Source: Eledone cirrhosa
Taxonomy: Eukaryota
DNA length: 64,000 bases
Assembly: GCA_964016885.1 (NCBI GenBank)
Contig: OZ024742.1
Coordinates: 372,248,001-372,312,000, forward strand
Direction of reading: 5' to 3'
Part shown: positions 44,699 through 56,543 of the stretch, piece by piece
How positions within the stretch are numbered: position 1 is the stretch's first letter
Layout: the number at the start of each line of letters is the position of its first letter
The notes under the pieces: generated by a model
Told to the model about the DNA's origin: nothing
The model's database searches: none
What the model saw: the letters and a program-made list of their open reading frames with translations, nothing else
Made by a program: the position numbers and the translations under genes

Positions 44699-47600
44699 TC
44701 ATCATCATCATCATCATCAACGTTTAACGTCCGTGTTCCACGCTTGCATGGGTTTGGACGGGGGTTTTCCCACTTGAGGCAAGAGTGATTATCTTGCTCG
44801 CATAGGACTATCTGGCGGGTTTTCTACAGCTGGATGCCCTTCCTAACACCAACCACATTTACAGTGTCGGGCTGGGAGGTTTTTACCGTGTTGCCTACAC
44901 GGCCACATTACAGTGTGGACTGTCTGGCGGGTTTTCTACAGCTGGATGCCCTTCCTAACACCAACCACATTTACAGTGTGGGGCTGGGAGGTTTTTACCG
45001 TGTTGCCTACATGGCCACATTACAGCGTGAACTGTGTGTTTTTTTGTCGTGACACCTACACGATCTCATTTGTTTCGGCCTGGATGTTGTGGCACCAACA
45101 TAACTTTACATTGAAAGGGGCGGTGTGGATGGGGTGGGGGTATTGGGACGGGGGTGTATTTTGTTAGAGATGCCTACTGACTGTAGTAGGTTTTTACTTT
45201 GTATTTAGGTAAGGCAGGTCTTCTCTATTACTGAGTACCGCCAAAGGTCTCGGTCCAGTGACATTGTCTTGGAGAGGTGTAAGTGTGTGAGGTCGGAATT
45301 TATCAGCTCGTCCCATGTTTTTCTGGGTCTGCCTATTCCGTGGCTACCGTCTATCTTTATTGCCCTGCACTTTGTTATACAGCTATCTTCTTTCATGCGC
45401 ATCACGTGACCATACCAACGTAGTCTTCTCTCGAGTAAACAACATCTGATCCCTCTTATTTCTAATTTTTTCCTTAGTTCGTTTATGCTTTGCCGTTCAC
45501 GTATATTACTATTACACATCCAGCGGAGCATGCAAGCTTCGTTCCTCTTTAGTCTGCGTATATCCTCTGCACACAATACCCAGGTCTCACTGCCATGCAA
45601 CATTGCTGTTCGTATGCAGGCATCATACAACCTGCCTTTCATTTTTAGGGAGAACCCTTTAGCGGCTAATAGTGGTATAAGCTCTCTGAACTTTTTCCAT
45701 CCAGTTCTGACTCTAGCTACTGTACTTTCAGAGCACCCTCCCCCACTGCTGATTTTGTCACCCAGGTAACGGAAGCTGTCCACTATTTCTATAGAACCCT
45801 CTGCGCAGTTGAAGGAGCTAGTATTTTGTGGGCACTTGCTGCTACTTATTGCACCAGAGCACTGGCCACATGTAAAATCTATGTTCTTAGTTAGCTTACC
45901 TGTGATCCCACTACATCTTTTATGCACCCATACTTTGCATTTGGGACACAAAATGGAGTTTCTACCTACGCCTTTCCTACACACTGAGCATGGCCACTTC
46001 CCGGAAGGGACCACCGCCTTATTTTCTTTCTTACAAACTAGAACTTTAGTCTTAGCCAGGTTAATTTTAAGGCCTTTTGATTCTAGGCCGTGCTTCCATG
46101 TTTGGAATTTCTTCTCTAGCTCGGCCATTGATTCAGCTATGAGTGTTAAATCATCTGCGTATAGGAGTTCCCATGGGCAACCGGTCTTGAACTCCTCTGT
46201 TATAGCCTGAAGGGCAATAATAAATAGTAGGGGGCTGAGAACAGAGCCCTGATGGACGCCAACTTTTACGCTAAACTCTTCACTATATTCGTTGTTAATT
46301 CTAACCTTGCTGACTGTTTCTTTATACATGGCTTGTATAGCTCTCACAAGCCATTCGTCAACACCTAGTTTTCTAAGAGCCCACCAGATAATGGAACGGG
46401 GAACTCTGTCGAAGGCTTTCTCCAAGTCGACAAAAGCTAAGTATAGAGGTTTACTTTTAGCTAGGTACTTCTCCTGTAGTTGTCGTACAATGAAAAGAGC
46501 GTCTGTGGTACTTTTGTCTGACACAAACCCGAACTGCATTTCATCTAGATCAATTCTCTCTCTGATTAGTTGCGCTATTACTTTTTCCGTGACCTTCATG
46601 ACCTGGTCGATTAATTTAATGCCTCTATAGTTACTCCTATCTAGGGCATCTCCTTTACCCTTATAACAGTTAACGATGATGCTGCTACGCCAGTCCTTCG
46701 GAACAACCCCATTCTGTACGACTTGGTTAACTATCCGGGTGACCATGGTGTGTCCCACCGTACCAGATGCCTTCAGCATCTCGGCAACTATTTCCGAAGG
46801 CCCAGCCGCCTTACCCGTCTTCATATCTTTGATTGCCTTACTTATTATACTACCCTTGACTAACACTGCTGGTCCCTCTATTGGGTCGATGTGGGGGAGA
46901 CTGTCTTTCTCCCATTTATTCTCCTCATTTAGTAGCCTTTCATAGTGACACTTCCAAGCTACCTTCTTATCAGCGTCGGTGATGGCAAGTACGCCGTCAT
47001 CATTAAATACACACTTCTCCCCGACAATATCACGGTTTTCCTTGACACATTGCCTAGCAATCCTGAACACCTCACGTTTTTGGTCCTTGCGTTGTAGAAC
47101 ATGCTTGAACTTTCTTTCCTCTGCTTCCCTTCTTGCGAAGTACACTTGTCTCCTAGCTTCCCTCCTGGCCACTTGATAGTCTTCTCTGCTTCCCCCATCC
47201 CGCCCTACTTTCCAAGCCTGCTTTTTGGCCTTAATTGACCCCTCCACCTTACTGTTCCACCACCATGTTACTCTCCTCCTGCCTACAGGCCTGCTCTAGC
47301 CACAGACTTCGTCTGCTGCCATCAGCAGGTTTGCTTTCAGGAATTTCCACTGCTCCTCTATATTGTACGACTCTAATTGCTCTTCCTTACTGTCGAAAGC
47401 ATCAAGTAGTATACTTTTGAATTTATTTCTGGCTGTGGGGTCCTTTAGCTTCCATATTTTTCTCCTGAGGATAGTCCTCTTCTGTTGTCGAATACGTCTC
47501 GTCCTGACTATGAGGTCGCTAATTATGAGTCTATGTTGAGATGTGCATTCTTCATGGGGGAGGGATTTAGTGTTTACAACAGACACTCTGTCACGTCTTC

Positions 47601-48808
47601 TGGTAAGGATATAATCTACCTGGCTTGTGTGTTCCCCCGATCTATAGGTGATCAGGTGATTGTCACGTTTTTTTAAGTTAGTGTTACAGATAGTTAGGTT
47701 ATTTGTGTCACAGAATTCCAGGATTCTGGAGCCTTCCTCATTTCTAGTACCAAACCCATAGCCTCCATGGATTTCGTTGTAGCCGTCACAATATTGTCCG
47801 TGACCATTTAGGTCGCCTGCAATAATTATATAGTAACTGTCGGTTATTTGGGAGGTAGTGAGCATCAGTGTCTCATAGAATCTGTCTTTTATAGTGCCGG
47901 GCAGTCCGGATTGGGGTGCGTACGCAGATATTACTGTCACCGTAATTCTATTGAGGACAAGTCTTATTTTAATTATTCTGTCGTTCACTCTATTTACATC
48001 TATTATCTTATCTGCCCACTTTTCTGCTACCATGATTCCTACTCCACCCAGCCCATTGTCATTTCCCACCCAGAAAAGCTTATAGCATCGTTTTTTACCC
48101 ACAATGAATCTAGCAGACCCACCCCTCCACCTGGTCTCTTGAATACAACAAACATCGACCTCCTTATGTTCAAGCATTTCTACAACCTCGTTAGAGCGAC
48201 CCTTTAAGGTGCCTACATTCATGGTACCAACTCTGAAGTTTTGGATTGCGTTTGAAGGGTGGGAGCGGTGGGAGCGGGGGGAGATTGGGTTATGTTAGCC
48301 ATCCGCGGCCGAAACAAAGAGGAATGCTCGCATTCTCATCCACGCGGTGAATTTGTCTTTATCTTTGGCATTGTCGCTGAGCGTCTAGATTTTTCTCTCT
48401 TCAACTCTCCAGAATTCCGTAGTCCATCCATCCGTCATATCGAAAGGCAACCAGGTAAGTGATAGTATAGGCCTCTGGCTTATGATTGGTCCACGTAATA
48501 ATAATGGTGGTGCGTGGGGGCGGGCGGGAGGGGTGTTGAGTTGTTAGCGAGAAGGTTAGGTTTAAGTAAGATCCTCGTATTTAACAAGCAATAACAAAAA
48601 TACAAGATTTGTTTTGGAAAATACGACAAAATACAGGAGGATTTGTTTTGGAAATAGGATAGAATAGCGAGTAGTGAAGCAAGGATTGGAATCGGGGAAT
48701 AGAAAATGCTATAGAATTGTCGGATGGGATAGACTATGGAATTGAGTGGATTGTAGAAATGCAAGAAAAATGTGTACATTACATTATACCGTGAAGGAAG
48801 CAGCCATG
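44699..48808 (-). mobile_element. Near-full-length RTE-clade LINE (subfamily A)
   Basis: (CAT)n tail at 44699, 3'UTR, APE+RT ORF, 5'UTR; both ends abut (TA)n. The 5' boundary is approximate. Confidence 0.93.
45205..48222 (-). pseudogene. RTE ORF (APE endonuclease, RT, PHD-like finger, thumb) with a single in-frame TAG
   Basis: APE motifs NVGTL, CIQETRW, SAYAPQ, GDLNGH, VDYIL, SQHRL; RT motifs NYRGIKL, QFGF, FVDLEKAFD, GVHQGSVLSP, YADD. ORFs 47296-48222 and 45205-47247 share one frame and are separated only by TAG at 47296-47298. Confidence 0.92.
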
Positions 48809-49225
48809 GATATATATATAATATATATATGTGTGTGTGTGTATAGATAGATAGATTCTGAGTTAAATCAGGGGTAACCACAGTAAATAAGGTACTTAGT
48901 CCTGTAGAAGCCATTTCTATATTAAACAATTATATATATAGATAGGTAGGTCAGGATTAAACCAGTTTTAAACTAGTAAGACCATTATTCATCAGAGTAC
49001 TTGATACTTGAGATAGTAGAGTGTTAATATAGTGGAGAGTCAGGGCCCAATGGTAAGAGCTCAGCTGTTGAGCCCTGACTCTCTACTATATATATATATA
49101 GTAGTCTTATCTGATATTGGTTAATAAATTAACTACTGGGTTTGTTTATAAATTTGTTTATCATTCAAACTAATTGTTTTTAAAGGACTAATTTCATTTC
49201 AACATTTCTCTTTTCATATCATCAG

Positions 49226-49344
49226 GCCGAAAGTCTTGTATTTGGAATACTCAGCCAAACAGATATAAAGCAGCATTGTAGCATTGACAAAATCTACAGC
49301 CTTCCCTTGCAAAAGTTAGGAACTGAAAAGAAATTATGGTATAG
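49226..49344 (+). CDS. Candidate internal host exon
   Basis: Strong pyrimidine tract plus CAG acceptor; 119 nt open (AESLVFGILSQTDIKQHCSIDKIYSLPLQKLGTEKKLWY); AG|GTATAA donor. Confidence 0.4.
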
Positions 49345-49374
49345 GTATAAACAATTTGGGAACTTCTTATTCTT

Positions 49375-49720
49375 CATCTCCCGCTTATTCCTGAGAAGTT
49401 CATCAGAGCAGAGTCCTGAAACCCTCCTTCCAGCAGGTCCTGTCAGAAGTAACCATCTCCAACTGATCTGGCTGATCCCCAAGTGAGACCAGCCAAGCTC
49501 ATGGATGTTATCCAGCCATCTTGCTCGGGGTCTACCTCTAGGTCTCCTGCTGGTTGGTTTTGCCCATAAAATCTGTCCAGCAATTATTTCCTGAGACATT
49601 CTAACCACATGCTCATAGTGTCAGAGCTGTGATCTCTCAATTTGGAGAAGTAGTGGCTCTACTTGGAGTGACTCTTTCATCTCTGAGTTACGCACTCTAT
49701 TGAGTAATGTTACTCCAAAG
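49375..49720 (-). mobile_element. Old RTE-clade C-terminal fragment
   Basis: VRNSE...IERSQL...HVVRM...RRPRGRPRARWLD motif. Confidence 0.65.
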
Positions 49721-49831
49721 ACCCTTTGAAGAAACCCCACAATATTTTGTATAACTAGAAGATGTTAATCTTTTTGAAAAATTGATAAGGATTAATTTAT
49801 GTATATTTCCTTCCGTTATACTCTTGCCTAG

Positions 49832-49913
49832 GATCACACTGTATGGTGTGAACTCTCCACTCACCATCACAACAATTTCTCTATCCACTAGTAAAGCTAC
49901 TATAAACATTTGA
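49832..49913 (+). CDS. Candidate terminal host exon
   Basis: Pyrimidine tract plus TAG acceptor; phase matches 49226-49344 (...WYR ITLYGVNSPLTITTISLSTSKATINI*); AATAAA at about 49965. Confidence 0.28.
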
Positions 49914-49971
49914 AGAAACAAACCTGTCTTTTTCCTACTAAATCATTACAGGGTGTTAAGAGTTAATAAAA

Positions 49972-50850
49972 ATAATAATAATGAAATTATTGTGTACAGT
50001 GCTCAGGTGCACTACAATTCATCAAAGGTGCATGTATAGTACATAGAATAATGTACAAATGTCAGGGAAGTGAACAGTGTATGAATCATGATATACATGT
50101 GTGTGTGTGTATGGAGGGGGAACATTAGGTGTAGTGTTGGTGAATCTTGGGAAGCATGGAGGTTTTAAATGGTGCAGTGTCTCGACAGCTAACAACTGAT
50201 GCAGGTAGTTTGTTCCATGGAGGTTTTAAAGGATGCAATGTCTCGACAGCTAACAACTGATGCAGGTAGTTTGTTCCATGGAGGTTTTAAAGGATGCAGT
50301 GTCTCGACAGCTAACAACTGATGCAGGTAGTTTGTTCCATGGAGGTTTTAAAGGATGCAATGTCTCGACAGCTAACAACTGATGCAGGTAGTTTGTTCCA
50401 TGGAGGTTTTAAAGGATGCAGTGTCTCGACAGCTAACAACTGATGCAGGTAGTTTGTTCCATGGAGGTTTTAAAGGATGCAATGTCTCGACAGCTAACAA
50501 CTGATGCAGGTAGTTTGTTCCATGGAGGTTTTAAAGGATGCAGTGTCTCGACAGCTAACAACTGATGCAGGTAGTTTGTCCCATGGAGGTTTTAAAGGGT
50601 GCAGTGTCTCGACAGCTAACAACTGATGCAGATAGTTTGTCCCATGGAGGTTTTAAAGGGTGCAGTGTCTCGACAGCTAACAACTGATGCAGGTGGTTTG
50701 TTCCATGCTTCAGCAACTCTGAGCGTGAAAAAATGTTTCTGAAAGTCATGGGAGCTGTGCTGTTTTCTGACTTTGTAGGCATGCCCACATGTGTTAGACA
50801 CATGGAGATCAAAAAGGTACCCAGGGTTATTGTTGGCAAGATGGTTAATA
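49972..50850 (-). mobile_element. CR1-type LINE 3' fragment containing a 9 x 61-bp tandem array (50156-50708)
   Basis: NTCGHAYKVRKQ...KHFFTLRVAEAWN remnant; unit ATGGAGGTTTTAAAGGATGCAGTGTCTCGACAGCTAACAACTGATGCAGGTAGTTTGTTCC. Confidence 0.88.
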
Positions 50851-50900
50851 ATTAGTTAATTAAATATTTAAACAATCAGCAGGTGTTTGTTGTTATAAAT

Positions 50901-51337
50901 AACTAGACCACCCATGACCCATTGGATCATGTGTTCACTTAAAAATAATTTTTGAATAATTAAAATATACACAGACATTTATATAATGTAAAATGAAATA
51001 GGAAGGCCCATATATATATATGGGTGTCTGACCTATATACACTGGTCACAGACACACACACATATATATATATACACACATACTTAGAAACCCTTCCTAT
51101 TTAGCAGGAAATATTTGCTACTCTCTCACAACCACTATCTCTATCTTTCTCTCTCTCAATTTATGAAGGTACCCAGAAAGCCCCATATCTCGGGAACCTG
51201 TGCTCCAATTTATGCGAAACTTGTTTTATTCCAGTTGTATTCCCATTTTAGGGGCAACTTCCTTTCAAAGTATTTTTCCATTATGCACTGTTTTGACTAT
51301 CAAATTACAGACAAGCAATCACACTTCTAGTAGTATA
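50901..51337 (+). mobile_element. Helitron-like non-autonomous unit 1 (tandem with unit 2)
   Basis: Starts ACTAGACCACCC, has internal microsatellites, ends ACAGACAAGCAATCAC...TAGTAGTAT. Unit 2 is 51337-51475 plus 56460-56885. Class assigned from end architecture only. Confidence 0.45.
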
Positions 51338-51475
51338 CTAGACCACCCGTGACCCAACAGGTCACGTTCTCTTCAAAATATTTTTTAAAAATCATGTTCA
51401 CTTAAAAATAATTCTTAAATAATTAAAACATACAGACATGTATATAATGTGAAATGTAACTGGGAGGCCCATATA

Positions 51476-54400
51476 CATCATCATCATCATCATCTTCATC
51501 ACCGTTTTACGTCCGTTCTTCCACGCTAGCATGGGTTAGACGGGTTGTCCTGTTGTGGGCAGTGTCTGGTCGGCTGACCATGCCCACAACAGGAACTGAT
51601 TTGGCTTGATTTCTACAGCAGGATGCCCTTCCTAACACCAACCTGAGTGCTGGGTGCTTTTTCGTGGTGCCTACACGTCCACTTTACAGTGTGGGCTGGG
51701 TGCTTTTTTGCCGTGGCACCTCCACGATCACCTTGCAGTGGGAGGGTGTGGGGGAATATTGTCTATATGCTTCAGCTTGTACCCATGGGAGGTCGGGTAC
51801 TCTGTATTACTGCGTGATGCCAGAGGTCACGGTCGTGTGTCATCACCTTTGAGAGGTGTAATTGGGTAAGGTCGGCTTTTATCACCTCATCACAGGTCTT
51901 CTTGGGTCTCCCCACTCCGCGGTTTCCATCGACTTCTAGTGCTCTGCACCTTTTTATGCAGCTGTCATCCTTCATACGCATCACATGTCCATACCAACGC
52001 AACCGCCTCTCCTGCACACACCATTTGATTCCTCTTATGCTCAGTCTCTCTCTCAATTCATTTATGCTTTGTCGTTCGCGTATATTACTATTACACATCC
52101 ATCGGAGCATGCAGGCTTCGTTTCTCTCCAATCTACGTAAGTCTTCCACCTTCAGCACCCAGGTCTCACTACCATGTAACATTGCTGTTCGGATACATGC
52201 ATCATACAGTCTGCCTTTCATTTTGAGGGAGAAGCCTTTTGCAGCTAGCAGTGGTAGTAGTTCCCTAAACTTCTTCCATCCCGTTCTTACTCTAGTTATT
52301 GTACTTTCTGAACACCCACATCCGCTGCTAATTCGGTCACCTAGGTAGCAGAAGCTGTCTACTGTCTCTACAGAGCCCTCCCAGAGATTGGTGGTACTTG
52401 TTTCCTGTGGCTGTTTGCTGCTTGCTGTCCCAGCACAGCTGCTGCATGTGAAGCCTACATTCTTAATTAAGCTTCCTGAGATCCCGCTACATCTCTTGTG
52501 TACCCATTGTTTGCATTTGGGGCAGAGAATGGAGTTCCTACCTACACCTTTCCTACATACTGAGCAAGGCCATTTCCCTGAGGGGATCTGGGTTCTGTTT
52601 TCATGTCTACTTACAAGGACCTTAGTCTTTGTCATGTTGACTCTGAGACCCTTTCTTTCTAGTCCCTGCTTCCAAATTTGGAATTTCTTCTCTAATTCTA
52701 CCATAGATTCAGCTATAAGTGCGAGGTCATCAGCATACAGGAGTTCCCATGGGCATCCGGTCTTAAACTCCTCCGTTATTGCCTGCAGGACTATGATGAA
52801 CAGGAGAGGGCTAAGAACAGAGCCCTGGTGGACACCAACCTGTACGCTAAATTCCTCGCTATACTCATTGCTAATCCTAACTTTGCTGACTGCTCCCCTA
52901 TACATGGCTTGTACAGCTTTCACAAGCCATTCATCTACTTCTAGTTTTCTAAGAGCCCACCAGATTACAGCATGTGGAACTCTGTCAAAGGCTTTCTCGA
53001 GATCGACGAATGCCAGGTAGAGTGGCTTACTTTTAGCTAGGTACTTTTCCTGTAACTGCCTCACAAGGAAGAGGGCATCAGTGGTGCCTCTTCCTGGTAC
53101 AAACCCAAATTGCATCTCATCTAGTTTCACCCAGTCCCTAATCAACTGTGCTATAACTCTTTCTGTTACTTTCATGACCTGGTCCATCAGCTTTATACCT
53201 CTATAGTTTCCTCTATCGAGTGCATCACCTTTACCTTTGTAGCAGTTGACAATGATGCTACTGCACCAATCTTTTGGTATGACACCTAGTATTACTTGGT
53301 TAACAATACGTGTGGTTATAGTGTGACCTACAGACCCAGATGCCTTCAGCATCTCGGCAGCTATACCCGATGGACCGGTTGCCTTCCCCATCTTCATATC
53401 TTTGATTGCCTTACTTACTATGCTGCTGCTGACTTGTACTGCTGGCCCCTCTATAGGGTCTACTTGGGGTAGGGTCTCTTCTTTCCATGCACTCTCCTCA
53501 TTTAGTAATCTATCATAATGACTCTTCCATGCATCTTTCTTCTCAGCACTTGTGAGGGCAAGCTCACCTTTATCATTCCGGATACACTTCTCTCCAATGA
53601 CATCACAATTCTCTCTCTGACACACTGCCTTGCAATCTTGAACATCTCCTGTTTCTGGTCCTCACGTTGCAAAACATGCTTGAATTTTCTATCCTTGCTT
53701 CCCTCCTAGCTAAGTATACTTGTCGCCTAGCTTCCCTCTTGGTCTCTATGTAATGTACCCTGCTTCCCCCGTTCTTCCATTCTTTCCATGCCTGTCTCTT
53801 GGCCTTAACTGCCTCATCTACCTTATTGTTCCACCACCAAGTCACACTCCTCCTGCTTGTTGTCTTACTCCAGCCACAGACCTCATCCGTCGCCTCTAGT
53901 AAGTTATTTTTTAGGAACTCCCAGTTCTCTTCTACATTGAATGTCTCTATCTGTTCTTCTTTACTGCCGTAGGAATTGAGTAAAATATCTTTAAATCTGT
54001 TACTGTAGCTTCCAGATCTTTCTTCTCCAGGTTGGCCTCTGTTTCCAGGCTCGTCTAGTTCTGACTGTGAGGTCGCTGACAACTAAGCTATGTTAGGATG
54101 TACATTCCTCACTAGGGAAGGCTTTTGTGTTTACGACCGTCCATCTGTCACGTCCTCTGATGAGGATAAAATCTATCTGACTAGAGTGCTCCCCTGATCT
54201 ATAGGTGATCAGGTGGTTGTTGGGTTTTTTGAAGTTTGTGTTACATATCGACATGTCATTGGCGTCGCAGAATTCTAGAAGTCTGAATCCTTCCTCATTT
54301 CTTGTGCCAACCCCGTGGCCTCCATGGACTCTATTGAAGCCATCGCAGTGTTTACCTACGTGTCCGTTAAAATCTCCTGCGATGATTAGGAAGTCATTGT

Positions 54401-55200
54401 CGTCTGTTAGAGCAGTAGTGTGCATTAGGGACTCATAAAAGCTATCCTTAAGTTCGTCTGGCAGCCCCGATTGGGGTGCGTAAGCTGATATTATTGTGGT
54501 AATTGTTTTATTTAGGACTAGTCTGAGTTTAATGATTCTTGCATTTACCCTGTACACTGAGATTACTTTATCTACCCACTTGTCAGCTAGTAGAATGCCT
54601 ACACCACCCATCCCATCGTCATTTCCCACTCAGAATAATTTGTAGCACTGACTTTTGCCTACAAGAACTCTAGCAGACTCTCCTCTCCATCTAGTCTCTT
54701 GCACACAGCATACATCAATTTCCTTTCGCTCTAGCATCTCTACAATTTCTCATGCTCTTCCTTTCATTGAGCCTACATTGATGGTACCAACTCAGAGTTT
54801 TGGGCATTTGTCAACATTCGTAGGGAAGGGTCGATTTTTGCAGGAGTGTGTGTGTGCTTCCTCTCTCTGGATTGGGGCTTCACATGGGTGCTTGGTAGCT
54901 CGCGGATTCATATTCATTTCATCTATTAATTTAGAGTTGCTCCAATTTATTCTCAGCTCATCCATACATAACGGTAGGAAAATTCAGGGCTAGAAGAACA
55001 GTGGTGGTGGTAATAATGGCAGGGTGTGTTGGGCTGGGATGGGGGAGGAGAGAGGTAGGTAGTGGTAGTAGAAGAAATGGCATGCTGAGGTTTGATTGGT
55101 TGAATAGTCTATGGTGGTGTGAGGGGGTGGGTGGGAGGGAAATTGTGAGGTAGGCAGCCAGTCATGTCATCAAAATAACCTATAGAAGTGAATGCAGCAT
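51476..55200 (-). mobile_element. Near-full-length RTE-clade LINE (subfamily B), pseudogenised
   Basis: (CAT)n tail; ORF from about 54965 to 51772 with APE (SAYAPQ, GDFNGH, IDFIL) and RT (YADD) motifs, several stops and frameshifts. The 5' boundary is approximate. Confidence 0.92.
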
Positions 55201-55229
55201 GGCAAGATAACCGATAGAAATGAATACAG

Positions 55230-55583
55230 CTACAATAATAATTGTTTCTACTTTAGGCACAAGGCCAGCAATTAACCAGTGCATTACTGGTACTTTATTT
55301 TATCGACCCCGTAAGGATGAAAGGCAAAGTCAACCTCGGCGGGATTTGAACTCAGATCGTAAAGGGACGTAACTATGCTACAATAATAATTGTTTCTACT
55401 TTAGGCACAATGCCAGCAATTACCCAGTACATTACTGGTACTTTATTTTATCGACCCCGTAAGGATGAAAGGCAAAGTTAACCTCGGCGGGATTTGAACT
55501 CAGATCGTAAAGGGACGTAACTATGCTAGAAAGCATGGCGTCCAACCCTCTACCGACACTGCCAATTCACCTACAATAATAAT
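55230..55583 (-). mobile_element. Meta-like SINE with a tandem duplication of about 148 bp
   Basis: Two copies of AATTGTTTCTACTTTAGGCAC...GGATTTGAACTCAG; CTACAATAATAAT occurs at 55230, 55378 and 55571 (TSD-like). Confidence 0.78.
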
Positions 55584-55689
55584 AATAGCCAGTCATGGCC
55601 TGTAGCCTTTGATGGAAAAATAGACAGATAGAGAGTCAGCATGGAAGGGAAAATGAGGATAACAAAATAAATGTGTTATACATGTGTGT

Positions 55690-56450
55690 ATAATAATGTG
55701 TATAATAATAATGAAATTATTGTGTACAGTGCTCAGGTGCACTACAACTGATCAAAGGTGCATGTATAGTACATAGAATAATGTACAAATGTCAGGGAAG
55801 TGAATAGTGTATGACTCATGATGTACATGTGAGCGTGTGTATGGAGGGGGAATATCAGGTGTAGTGTTGGCGAATTTCAGGAAGGATGGAGGTTTTAAAC
55901 GATGCAGTCTCTCAACAGCTAACAACTGATGCAGGTAGTTTGTTCCATGCTTCAGCAACTCTGAGCGTGAAAAAATGTTTCCAAAAGTCATGGGAGCTGT
56001 GCTGTTTTCTGACTTTGTGGGCATGCCCTTGTGTGTTAAACACATGGAACTCAAAAAGGTGCTCAGGGTTGTTGTTGGCAAGATGGTTAATAATTTTGTG
56101 GGTGTTTACCAAGTCAGTTGCCAGATGTCGGAGCTTCAATGTATCCATGCCCAGAGAAGCAAGGCATTCCGAGTATGGTAGATGCCTGATGGAGGGTATT
56201 CGCTTGGTTGCACGTCTCTAAACAGTTTCCAGGAGGTCAATGTTCTGAGTAAGATAGGGGTTCCAGGCTTGTGATGTAAATTCTAAGTGTGACTGCACCA
56301 TAGCTATATACAGCTTTAAATAGATAGCTGGAGAGTGGCTGACAAAGGTCTTGCTGAGTGATGTTAAGACACCCTCGGCCCTCTTGACAATTTTAGAGAC
56401 GTACTTCGTCCAACGCAAATCGCTTCTGACTGTAATGCCCAGGTCACATT
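55690..56450 (-). mobile_element. CR1-type LINE 3' fragment
   Basis: ECDLGITVRSDL.W...LY.AMVQSHLEF..QAWNPY...RATKRIP...TQGHAHK...RVAEAWNKLP; (TAA)n tail. Confidence 0.85.
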
Positions 56451-56459
56451 CACAAATGT

Positions 56460-56511
56460 GTGTGTGCATACATATATATGTATATATATATAAATGTGTG
56501 TTTGTATATAT

Positions 56512-56543
<32 letters not shown>

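Noticed and set aside
45485-54993. Plus-strand ORFs overlapping the RTE elements
   Set aside because: Antisense shadows of the RT/APE frames with no recognisable motifs.
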